A stretch of 21,020 nucleotides of DNA, from IMG/VR virus record IMGVR_UViG_3300025352_000014. One strand, 5' to 3'. The position numbers and the translations under genes were made by a program. Position 1 is the first letter of the stretch, and each line of letters opens with the position of its first letter. The notes below the pieces were generated by a model, which saw only the letters and a list, made by a program, of their open reading frames with translations, did not search any database and had not been told where the DNA came from. Of this stretch, positions 7,519 through 14,981 are shown in pieces. Origin of the DNA: a virus.

Positions 7519-8134
7519 TTATCCTTTCATCTCCTTTTTCTTCCGTCGACTCCGCTCGGCGCGAGCTACCCGCAGGAAAACGGCTTGAGGAACAGTGAGG
7601 TCGGCCGCGGAGTCGACGTTCGGGAGGCCGAACTGCTCGATGTCCTTCAGGAGCTCCTGGCCCTCGTCACTCGACGCGAAAGTCCTTCACCGAGTCACTC
7701 TCCGAGGAGACGGCGAGGATCAGGAACGACGTCGCGAAGAACTGCTCGTCCGGCCACAGCTCCATCAGGTCCCGCGTCTCCGAGTTCGAGATCTGGGAGT
7801 GCTCCAGGTGCTCGACGATGAACTCCTCCATCTCCTGGACGGACTCCTCGGTCAGCATCGTGTCCGAGGGCGCGTCGTCGGGCTCGGCCTTGCTCAGGTC
7901 GTCGAGCGAGGAGATGTCGTCGATGTCGAGCTGGTCGCGCTGCTCGCTCGCCTGCTCGTTCATGTACTCGACGAGCTCGTCCGGGAGCGAGTCGATGAAC
8001 GCATGCCGCCGCGTCCGACTGGCACGTCGAATCTCGTACTCGATCGTGCCGTGCTTCGTCTCGATGATGTACGGTTTCTGCTCCGGTTCCTCCAGTACCT
8101 TGTTCAGAACTTCAACGTCGCTGTTTCGTGTCAT
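7519..8134 (-). CDS. Extended tail assembly chaperone (gpGT equivalent, about 204 aa) made by +1 frameshift at 7676-7681
   Basis: The +1 frame from TTC at 7680 is open for 53 codons (FASSDEGQELLKDIEQFGLPNVDSAADLTVPQAVFLRVARAERSRRKKKEMKG) and ends at TAA 7519-7521, 1 nt before the tape measure ATG. Confidence 0.75.
7667..8134 (-). CDS. Tail assembly chaperone (lambda gpG equivalent)
   Basis: 155-aa acidic protein between tube and tape measure genes; ends K-D-F-R-V-E-stop. Confidence 0.82.
   Translation of the reverse strand: MTRNSDVEVLNKVLEEPEQKPYIIETKHGTIEYEIRRASRTRRHAFIDSLPDELVEYMNEQASEQRDQLDIDDISSLDDLSKAEPDDAPSDTMLTEESVQEMEEFIVEHLEHSQISNSETRDLMELWPDEQFFATSFLILAVSSESDSVKDFRVE
7676..7681 (-). 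promoter_or_regulatory. Candidate +1 ribosomal frameshift site TTT-CGC
   Basis: AAG GAC TTT CGC GTC GAG TGA: a tRNA-Phe can move from TTT to the overlapping TTC. Confidence 0.7.
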
Positions 8135-8143
8135 GATTTTTGT

Positions 8144-8171
8144 AGCCGCGAGAAGTAGTTGCTCAGCGGTT
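8144..8171 (-). terminator. Possible stem-loop between tube and chaperone genes
   Basis: mRNA AACCGC-U-GAG CAACUACUU CUC-GCGGCU forms an imperfect stem with a bulge in a 65-bp intergenic gap. Confidence 0.25.
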
Positions 8172-8199
8172 CGCCGATCGCGCTTCGTCGACGACGTCC

Positions 8200-8580
8200 T
8201 CAGAAGGGGATGGGCTCGCCGCCCGACCAGCTGATCGAGACGTTCGACTTCCCGTCGCCCGGGTGCGAGTGCTCGATGTCGTCGATGGTGACGTTCATGA
8301 TCCGGTAGCCGCCACCGTGCTTCTTGTTCCGGAAGATGAGGCGGTGCTTGTTCTGCGGCGCCTCGTGGAGCTTCCGCTCCAGTTCCTGCTTGGTGCCGTC
8401 GTACTCGAGGTCCCCCTCCGTCGAGCGGGCTGCGAGCCCGCGGTCGGGGGCCTTCGAGTCGTCGAAGTTCGACTCGGCCCAGTCCCGGGTGTCGGTCCAG
8501 CCCTTGTCCGTGACTGGAACCACTTCGCCGTCGATGACGAGTTCGACGTCGTCACCAGTCTGATTGCGGTCGTTTTCCAT
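8200..8580 (-). CDS. Tail tube protein
   Basis: 126-aa beta-rich protein immediately downstream of the sheath gene. Confidence 0.82.
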   Translation of the reverse strand: MENDRNQTGDDVELVIDGEVVPVTDKGWTDTRDWAESNFDDSKAPDRGLAARSTEGDLEYDGTKQELERKLHEAPQNKHRLIFRNKKHGGGYRIMNVTIDDIEHSHPGDGKSNVSISWSGGEPIPF

Positions 8581-8586
8581 GAGTTA

Positions 8587-9927
8587 TCACCCGATCGTGA
8601 TGGTGGTCTTGAACGTGTCGACGGCCTGTACCGGCGTCACGCCCATCTCGAGGGCGATCGTGCCCTGGGGCGTGTCGTCGACGGGCCGCACGAACAGGTT
8701 CACTTCGTTCGGCTGGTTCGGGAGGACGAGGCCTTCGTCGGCCATCCCCTCGAGCTGGGCCTGCGCCTCCTCGGCCGCGATCTCGTCGCGACCGGGCGTG
8801 TCCAGCGTGTTCATGATCTGCTGGGCGACCGCGTACACCACCAGGATGGCGCGGTCGACCACGCGGACCGTCTGGAAGTCCGTCTCCCAGTTCTCGCTGG
8901 TGTTCGTCGACACCGAGCCGTCGAGGTTGATCGAGCCCTCCTGCTTGATGGGGATGACCTGGGCGTTCCGCAGGTCGTTCCGCTCGCCCCAGTCGAAGAG
9001 GGCCGCGTCGTCCGACCCGGACTCGACGTCGACGCCGGAGAGCTGCTCGCCACGGATCGGGTTCTGGAGGTCGTTCCCCGCAGCGACCCCGGCGACCGCG
9101 CCGAGCAGCGTGTCCGTCGTGTTGTCCTGGCGGGCCGGCGCGAACGCGAACCCGGGCAGGGAGTCGAGGTTGTCCGCGTACTCCGTCGTGTTGTAGTCCG
9201 GGTCCGGCGTCGTCTCCTCGGTGTTGGCGTTCGGCGGCGCGCCGGCGCCGGCCTTCACCATCTTGTAGGCGGGGTCGCGGAGGTTCTCCGCCTTCGAGAA
9301 GAGCGTCGACGCGACGGACTCGGCGTCCGTCCCGGCGAAGTACACGCCGGACTCGCCCTCGTTCACGATGGGGTCGGCGGCGTCGAACGCCGCCTGCCAG
9401 TCGAGGTACTTGTAGTCGACCTCGAAGTCGGCTGCCGCGTCCGTCTCGATCTCCCCGGACTGCGGGCGGACGAAGGCCGTCTCCGCGCTCTGGGGCGTGT
9501 CGGGTGGCGAGTTGTACCGGAACTCGACGTCGTACTCCGTCGGCCCCGCCGGGTCGGTGACGGTGATCTCGTCGACGTCTTCGATGATGGGTGCGTTGTT
9601 CAGGGTGAAGGACTGCGTCGCCGCGTCGACGGCCTCGCCGGTCACCGACTGCGTCGACGGCATGACGCCCCACAGATACGCTGTGTTGGCGCCGTTGTCG
9701 ATGGCCTGCTTCAGCAGCTGGGTGAGGTGACTGCCCTCGCCGAACTGCGTCTCGGCCTCTTCCTTCGCCCCGATCTTCACCGGGCTGTTCGTCTGTGCGT
9801 CCCCGTTCGCCGGGTCGCCGCGCGCGAAGATGACGAGCTTCTCTTCGGCACCGATCGAGATGCCTCCGATAGCGCCACCCTCGAGCGTGACCTCGGTTCC
9901 GGGGGACTGACCGATTGTAACTACCAT
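8587..9927 (-). CDS. Contractile tail sheath protein
   Basis: 446 aa with N-terminal SPGTEVT and EAETQFGEGSHLT, and C-terminal sheath pattern (LRNAQVIPI...FQTVRVVDR...IALEMGVTPVQAVDTFKTTITIG). Confidence 0.93.
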   Translation of the reverse strand: MVVTIGQSPGTEVTLEGGAIGGISIGAEEKLVIFARGDPANGDAQTNSPVKIGAKEEAETQFGEGSHLTQLLKQAIDNGANTAYLWGVMPSTQSVTGEAVDAATQSFTLNNAPIIEDVDEITVTDPAGPTEYDVEFRYNSPPDTPQSAETAFVRPQSGEIETDAAADFEVDYKYLDWQAAFDAADPIVNEGESGVYFAGTDAESVASTLFSKAENLRDPAYKMVKAGAGAPPNANTEETTPDPDYNTTEYADNLDSLPGFAFAPARQDNTTDTLLGAVAGVAAGNDLQNPIRGEQLSGVDVESGSDDAALFDWGERNDLRNAQVIPIKQEGSINLDGSVSTNTSENWETDFQTVRVVDRAILVVYAVAQQIMNTLDTPGRDEIAAEEAQAQLEGMADEGLVLPNQPNEVNLFVRPVDDTPQGTIALEMGVTPVQAVDTFKTTITIG

Positions 9928-9960
9928 GTTGGTTGTGTGGAATGTTGGTTCGCGAGCGAT

Positions 9961-10557
9961 TCAGTACTCCCAGACGATCCGACCGTCGTCGTCCTCGGAC
10001 ATCTCCGACGGCGCCGCGACGGTGACCTCAGTCAGCGCCGGGTCATCCGTGGTGATCTCGTGGTACCACGTCACCGCGAGCTCCTGCTGCCAGCGCCGGA
10101 GCCCCGGGCCGGCCAGGTCGTCCATCCGCTGGCCGTTCCCGACCGTGAAGTCCTCGATCTCCTCGACGACACCGCCGTCGCCGTCGGGGAACGGATTCGA
10201 GAACAGCGCCGAGTCGTGCGGCAGCAGCGCCTGCTGGAACTCGCCGCCGAGCACCGACGCATCGAGCGCGTCGTTGCCGGCCGCCAGCGTGATCGCGACG
10301 TCGATCTGCATCTCCCAGGTCGGCCGGAAGATGCGGCCCTGCTGCTGCCCCGTGTCGTCGGTCAGGTAGCCGGCGAGGTCCGAGTCCCACTCGGTCGTCC
10401 GGGGGTTGCTCGGGATGTTGAACGAGACGATCGGCTGCTGGAGCCGGTTGTCCGTCCCCTCGGGGTCGAACTCGTGAGTGATGTAGTCACCACCCGTGAA
10501 CTCGTCCGAGGCCTCGAGGGCGCGGACGATGGCCTGGAGGACGTCTTCTGGCGTCAT
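9961..10557 (-). CDS. Tail terminator/completion protein
   Basis: 198 aa directly upstream of the sheath gene; ATGA-type overlap with the previous gene. Confidence 0.7.
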   Translation of the reverse strand: MTPEDVLQAIVRALEASDEFTGGDYITHEFDPEGTDNRLQQPIVSFNIPSNPRTTEWDSDLAGYLTDDTGQQQGRIFRPTWEMQIDVAITLAAGNDALDASVLGGEFQQALLPHDSALFSNPFPDGDGGVVEEIEDFTVGNGQRMDDLAGPGLRRWQQELAVTWYHEITTDDPALTEVTVAAPSEMSEDDDGRIVWEY

Positions 10558-11027
10558 TGGAACACCTTCTCGAACAGCTCCTCGATCTCCTCCTGGATCT
10601 CCTGGGCGAGGTCGGAGTTCCGGAGCGCGGGCCGCAGGTGCGGCTGGGCCGGCGTCCCCGGGTGGTTCACCGACCGCTTCCGGATCAGCTGACCATCCTC
10701 ACCCTCGAAGTACAGGAACCCGCCGTCGTCGGCCTCGATGACGTGGGCATCGGTGCCGAACTCGACGTGGGGCCCGTACTCGACCGACGTACCGACCATG
10801 TAGTGGGCGGTGTCGACGCGAGCGTACCGGTACGAGTTCCGCAGGTTCCCGGTGTCGACCGCGCCGTGCTTGGTGAGGTTCTGCTTCGTTCGACGCTCGA
10901 CCCCCGCCGCCGTTGTCTCGACCGCCGAATCGAGAGCGTCGTCGACGAGGCGCTCGCCGTTCTCCAGCTGCTGTTGGAACACCCGGAGCTGTTCGGCGAG
11001 CTCGTCGAAGCCGTCGAACGAGGTCAT
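10554..11027 (-). CDS. HK97 gp10-like / Mu gpG-like neck (tail completion) protein
   Basis: Motifs AVDTGNLRNS, VGTSVEYGPHVEFGT and HPGTPAQPHLRPAL. Confidence 0.9.
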   Translation of the reverse strand: MTSFDGFDELAEQLRVFQQQLENGERLVDDALDSAVETTAAGVERRTKQNLTKHGAVDTGNLRNSYRYARVDTAHYMVGTSVEYGPHVEFGTDAHVIEADDGGFLYFEGEDGQLIRKRSVNHPGTPAQPHLRPALRNSDLAQEIQEEIEELFEKVFQ

Positions 11028-11422
11028 GCCGAGAAGATCAGGTCGCTACTGTCGCTACTCTCGTCCTCCTCGGACGTCTCGATACTCGACCGAAGTGACC
11101 GGTAGACCTCATGGACTTCGCGAGCGAACTCCATGGTGTCCGAGCCAGCGCCGCCGTACATCTCGCCCGACAGCGCGTCTTCCGGGTGCTCGGGACCGAT
11201 GAAGAGGATGTAGCTGGCGTAGGCGTTGGCCGCTCGCGCGTGGAGCGGCGACGGATCGCCGATGACGTCGCCGTCGTTGACGTCCGCCTCGAGCTTGCTC
11301 TCGGCCATCTCGGCCGCGTCCAGCTTCGACTCGGTGTCGCCCTCCCAGAGGTCCGGGCCCGTGAGCGGGATCTCGGCGAGCTCGTTGATGTACTTGAGGT
11401 CCGATTCGTTTTCGTAGCTCAT
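11024..11422 (-). CDS. Head-tail adaptor (connector) protein
   Basis: 132-aa helical protein in the adaptor position after the capsid genes; pattern AEMAESKLEADV...LHARAANAYASY. Confidence 0.65.
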   Translation of the reverse strand: MSYENESDLKYINELAEIPLTGPDLWEGDTESKLDAAEMAESKLEADVNDGDVIGDPSPLHARAANAYASYILFIGPEHPEDALSGEMYGGAGSDTMEFAREVHEVYRSLRSSIETSEEDESSDSSDLIFSA

Positions 11423-11428
11423 GGGTCA

Positions 11429-11821
11429 CTACTCGCGGGCCGCGTCGATTGCGTCCTGTGCGGTCGACCGGTCCTCGCCGGCCTCCTCCGCCGCGGCGAT
11501 CGCGTCGAGCTCGGCGGCCGAGTAGTCGCCCTCGTCGAGGAGCTCCTCGAGTTCGCCGACCGTCTTCTCGGTCGGGTCGAACGGCGGCTCGGCGACGACG
11601 TCGTCGTCCTCCTGGTCGTCCCCGGAGGTCGCGTCGGCGCCGGCGCCGGCGTCGCCGTCGACGTACTCGATGTTCGGGTAGGTGTCGTCGATGACTCTCG
11701 CGACCGACTCGTCGTCGACGGCGGCGGTCCCGCCCTCGAACTCGAGGACGCCGTCAGGATGCTGGCCGAGGGCCAGCGTGACGTCCTCCTGGTCGGTCGT
11801 GAGCTGAAGCTCGTGAGTCAT
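11429..11821 (-). CDS. Small acidic capsid-adjacent protein with C-terminal helix-extension-helix-like domain
   Basis: Two small domains joined by a D/G/A linker; C-terminus PFDPTEKTVGELEELL...ELDAIAAAEEAGEDRSTAQDAI. Confidence 0.6.
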   Translation of the reverse strand: MTHELQLTTDQEDVTLALGQHPDGVLEFEGGTAAVDDESVARVIDDTYPNIEYVDGDAGAGADATSGDDQEDDDVVAEPPFDPTEKTVGELEELLDEGDYSAAELDAIAAAEEAGEDRSTAQDAIDAARE

Positions 11822-11827
11822 GGACGA

Positions 11828-12649
11828 TCAGCCCTGGACCCGGACGGCGGCCTCGGAGTGCTTGTCGGTCCAGCCGTACGCGGCCTTGATCTTCATCTTG
11901 ATGGCGTCGGCGTCGAAGTCGGTGGCCTGGTCGGTGTCGACGCCCTGCCACTCGCCCTCGTACCCGAACTCGTCGGTGTCGACGAGGATGGCGTCGTTAC
12001 CGCCGATCGAGACGTTGTTGCTGAACATGAACCGGATGCCGGCGAACTCGCCGAGCTCTCCGTTCTGGACAGCCTCGTCACCGAGATCGGTACCGCGCTC
12101 AGCCAGGTAGTTGATCAGCGACTCTTTGCCGGACGGGCCGACCAGCGCCATGTTGGCCGTGAAACCGTCTTCGCCGCGCTGGGCGAGTTCGGTCGCGCCG
12201 GCGTTGATGTCCGTGAAGCTCAGCGTTCCGTCGTCGTCGCCGACTGCTTCCCCTGCCGGGGCGGCAGCGTCGAGAACCGAGAACGCGGCTCGGTCGAGCT
12301 TCTTGGACATGTTCTTCGCGTGGCCTTCGGTGTGGTCCTGGACGAGGTCGAACACGTTGTCGTTGATGTCTTCCTCGGGGATCTTCGAGCCCTTCTTGAA
12401 GATCTGCCGAGAGACCACAGGGCGACCGTACTCTTCGCGGTCGTAGGTGGTGTCCGCGCCGGGCTCGACCTCTTCGGGCAGGCCGAGTTCCTCGGCTGGG
12501 ACCGGGATCTCGTACTCTTCGCCGGCGCCGTCAGGCACCGTCTCGTCCATGAAGAACTCACGGACGACGGTCTGTGCTTCAACGCGTTCCGCAGCGACTT
12601 CGCGGACGGTGGTCGGGTCGACGATCTGGTTGACGTTAGGAAGTGCCAT
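11828..12649 (-). CDS. Major capsid protein, HK97 fold
   Basis: 273 aa with E-loop-like segment (PEEVEPGADTT), KKGSKIPEEDIND, long backbone helix (LVQDHTEGHAKNMSKKLDRAAF), GELGEFAGIRF and C-terminal AAVRV. Confidence 0.9.
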   Translation of the reverse strand: MALPNVNQIVDPTTVREVAAERVEAQTVVREFFMDETVPDGAGEEYEIPVPAEELGLPEEVEPGADTTYDREEYGRPVVSRQIFKKGSKIPEEDINDNVFDLVQDHTEGHAKNMSKKLDRAAFSVLDAAAPAGEAVGDDDGTLSFTDINAGATELAQRGEDGFTANMALVGPSGKESLINYLAERGTDLGDEAVQNGELGEFAGIRFMFSNNVSIGGNDAILVDTDEFGYEGEWQGVDTDQATDFDADAIKMKIKAAYGWTDKHSEAAVRVQG

Positions 12650-12692
12650 TTGTTATCTCTGTAGAATGGTGGTGGTTAGTTGCTGCTCGAGC

Positions 12693-13094
12693 TCACACGT
12701 CGACGTGAGCGTAGCCAGCCGGGATGTCGGGGATACCGCTCGGCGCTGCGCCCTCGGCGTACATCGTCATGATTCCCTTCGCGGAGGTGCCGCTAGCGAG
12801 CTGGCCCTCCGTTGCCGACGCGCCCAGTTCGACGCCGCCGGCGACGCCGCCCGCGACGTTCGCGACGACGGGGCCGCTGTAGGTGACCAGGACGTTGTCG
12901 CCGGACTCGTAGCCGTCGCCGTCGTTGTAGCCGACGATGCCGTAGACGGTCGTGTCGGTCGTGTCGTCGGCCGTGACGAGTTCGTCGTTCGCGTCGAGTG
13001 CGACGGCGTCGCCGGCCGAGAGTGCTTCTGCAGCGGTTCGGGTCTCGGTGTGCTGGGCGTCGCCCTTGTGCGACTGCCCGGGGTTCAGACTCAT
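12693..13094 (-). CDS. Head decoration/cement protein (DUF2190-like)
   Basis: 133 aa, G/A/V-rich (AAEALSAGDAVAL...VYGIV...GDNVLV..SG), between scaffold and capsid genes; overlaps the protease stop codon. Confidence 0.75.
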   Translation of the reverse strand: MSLNPGQSHKGDAQHTETRTAAEALSAGDAVALDANDELVTADDTTDTTVYGIVGYNDGDGYESGDNVLVTYSGPVVANVAGGVAGGVELGASATEGQLASGTSAKGIMTMYAEGAAPSGIPDIPAGYAHVDV

Positions 13095-13600
13095 GCTTCA
13101 CCTCCCGTGATCTCCTCGAGTTCAGCACGCACGCGTTCCTCCTCGCGCTCTGCGAGAGCGCCGTCCTTGTCTTCGAGGTCGCCCAGACGGTCCTCGAGTT
13201 CGGCCTTGCGCTCCTGCTCAGCCGCGGAGAGGTTCGCCTCGACGTCGGAGCCGCCACCCGAGCGGATGACGGGATCACTGCCGCCGTCGCCGGCGGAGAA
13301 GTCGGCCTCGTCGACCTTCTCGGACAGTTCGGCCAGCGTGTACCGCTCGGCGAGTTCGTCCTCGTCGAAGACGGTGTCCGCTTCCGCGAGGGCAGCGGCG
13401 TACTGTTCGCGGGCCGCCTCGTTCTGCTCCCGAAGGTCCTCTGCCTCGTCTTCGAGTTCGGCGATCTCGTCTTCCTTCTCCTCGAGTTCGTCCTCTTTCG
13501 CTTCGAGGTCTGCTTCGAGGGATTCGATCTCTTCGTCCTTCTCGTCGACGCGCTCGAGGAGCGCCTCAATATCGTGGGTTGGGTCGTTGTCGTCAGTCAT
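13091..13600 (-). CDS. Probable nested in-frame scaffolding protein (169 aa, MTDDNDPTHD...)
   Basis: Internal ATG at 13600 is preceded by GGAG-ACAAAC (13601-13610) and opens the coiled-coil region. Confidence 0.6.
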   Translation of the reverse strand: MTDDNDPTHDIEALLERVDEKDEEIESLEADLEAKEDELEEKEDEIAELEDEAEDLREQNEAAREQYAAALAEADTVFDEDELAERYTLAELSEKVDEADFSAGDGGSDPVIRSGGGSDVEANLSAAEQERKAELEDRLGDLEDKDGALAEREEERVRAELEEITGGEA

Positions 13601-14914
13601 GTTTGTCTCCGTAGAATCGTCGCCCAGGACCTCGCCCGACGGGTCATCGGGCCTGGGAACATCCGCGGTCGCCGCCAGCACTGCGCGAGCATCAAGATCG
13701 TCGGCTAGCGCCGCCATCTCTGCTTCCGTCTGGTCGGTCGTCTCGAGCTTCTCCGGGTTGATCGGCGGCGTCCGAAACGCCTCGTTCAACGGGCGGAGCT
13801 TCTCGTGCAGTTCTTCGCGGGATGCTCTCCCACGAGGGCCGACACTGTAGGCCGCAGCGACATTGCCCCGGCGCAGGTAGCCGTCCGAATCGACTACCGG
13901 GTACGACGAGGCCGATTTCGTATCGCCGTCGAACAGAAAGTACTGCTCGAAGCCGTCCGATGGGAGTTCACTCTTGTCGAGCTTTCCGTCCCGCGTTCCA
14001 CGGAACCGGACTCCTCCTGTGGACTGGTAGGAGTTGAGCGCTGCCTCGACGTCGAAGCCTTCGGGCGCCATCTCCGCGAGATTGCTGAGGGAAGCGGCCC
14101 GCGCTCCGGACGGCGGCATGAAGTCCACGATCTGGTTGCCCGTTGCCTTCCGGAGATCCGAGATGGATCCGTACTCGGAGACGTGCGGATCGTCGAGTTC
14201 GTCCGGAAACGCGGCCGTGTGCCAGTCCACGTAGACGCCCGACTCTGGGAACGCAACTCCGACACCGAGCACGTCATCGTCGTACTTGTCTCGGTCGCCC
14301 AGCGCGGGCACGACACGGAACAGGCGCATATCAGCCGACCACTCGTCGTCGCCGACTGCCAGTGCCGCGTTGAGGTCCTCTCCATCGAGCACACTCTCGA
14401 GACTGGCAGCGGAGAGTGCGGCCACCGCCGGGTTGTTGTCCGCTGTGCCTGGCGCAGTGTAGTTACCCTCTGATGCGCCCTTCTTCGGCGTGGCAAGACC
14501 GGTGTACTCGTAGTCGCGCATGATGGTAGCACCGGTCTCACCGTGCTGATCGACGTCGCTGGGATTGCCGGCCTCGATCGAAACCTCCCGCTGACCCGAA
14601 ACCAGCTCTGCAGCAACCTCCGAATCATCGATGCCTGCTTCGTAAACGACACCCAGTCCGGCTTGGTATGCCGACCGAAGCACGCGTCCGACTGCCTCGC
14701 GGTCACCGTCTCCGTGAATCTTGTAGACGGTCTGACCCTCGAGCGTCGGCGCTGCACGCTTGAGTTCAGCTGCCGGCCAGTACTTCGGGCTATTCAGCCC
14801 GAGAGTGAGTTCGTCCTCGCCATGAGCGATGCCGTGTACGACCTGTTCGTAGTCTTCGGTATCGCGCTCGCCGCAGTAGGCGATGCGACTCTCCGTCCTT
14901 GCTATCTGTGGCAT
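13091..14914 (-). CDS. Prohead maturation protease fused to accessory domains and a C-terminal scaffold (607 aa; probable true start MPQIART, residue 245 of the 851-aa track ORF)
   Basis: Protease domain with candidate catalytic His (VYKIH, 14716) and Ser (EVSIE, 14581); C-terminal acidic heptad coiled coil. The ATG at 14914 is preceded by a C/A-rich leader like other starts in this window. Confidence 0.82.
   Translation of the reverse strand: MPQIARTESRIAYCGERDTEDYEQVVHGIAHGEDELTLGLNSPKYWPAAELKRAAPTLEGQTVYKIHGDGDREAVGRVLRSAYQAGLGVVYEAGIDDSEVAAELVSGQREVSIEAGNPSDVDQHGETGATIMRDYEYTGLATPKKGASEGNYTAPGTADNNPAVAALSAASLESVLDGEDLNAALAVGDDEWSADMRLFRVVPALGDRDKYDDDVLGVGVAFPESGVYVDWHTAAFPDELDDPHVSEYGSISDLRKATGNQIVDFMPPSGARAASLSNLAEMAPEGFDVEAALNSYQSTGGVRFRGTRDGKLDKSELPSDGFEQYFLFDGDTKSASSYPVVDSDGYLRRGNVAAAYSVGPRGRASREELHEKLRPLNEAFRTPPINPEKLETTDQTEAEMAALADDLDARAVLAATADVPRPDDPSGEVLGDDSTETNMTDDNDPTHDIEALLERVDEKDEEIESLEADLEAKEDELEEKEDEIAELEDEAEDLREQNEAAREQYAAALAEADTVFDEDELAERYTLAELSEKVDEADFSAGDGGSDPVIRSGGGSDVEANLSAAEQERKAELEDRLGDLEDKDGALAEREEERVRAELEEITGGEA
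13098..13105 (-). promoter_or_regulatory. Shine-Dalgarno GGAGGTGA; GAGGTGA also at 1001-1007 and 420-426
   Basis: Complementary to the conserved 16S rRNA 3' end and lying 3-4 nt upstream of ATG codons. Confidence 0.75.
13440..13545 (-). repeat. Imperfect 21-bp heptad repeats in the scaffold coiled coil
   Basis: Encodes DEKDEEI-ESLEADL-EAKEDEL-EEKEDEI-AELEDEA-EDL. Confidence 0.65.
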
Positions 14915-14934
14915 GAAATGTGTCCGTGTGTTCG

Positions 14935-14961
14935 TGCTGAGTCTGGACCTCGGCCTCAGCA
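14935..14961. terminator. Perfect 7-bp inverted repeat (TGCTGAG-N13-CTCAGCA) between HNH remnant and protease start
   Basis: Arms at 14935-14941 and 14955-14961, downstream of TAA 14982 and upstream of ATG 14914. Confidence 0.4.
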
Positions 14962-14981
14962 GAGCGTCATCGGCATTCAGC

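Noticed and set aside
7676-7700. Canonical -1 slippery heptamer (X XXY YYZ) in the chaperone gene
   Set aside because: None seen near the stop codon, and the downstream ORF is in the +1 frame.
2330-9673. Alternative-frame minus-strand ORFs rich in R/S/P/T (2330-2923, 4351-5346, 5719-6546, 8552-9673 and others)
   Set aside because: Off-frame readings of real genes, with composition typical of GC-rich frame artefacts.
1-12000. Extracellular contractile injection system or tailocin interpretation
   Set aside because: Terminases, portal, protease and capsid are contiguous with the tail genes, so this is a complete virion module.
443-12664. Very long plus-strand ORFs (443-2023, 1773-4256, 4275-6692, 8263-10692, 11111-12664 and others)
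   Set aside because: Antisense shadows of high-GC3 minus-strand genes. They are R/V/G/L-rich, carry no motifs and do not match the acidic proteome.
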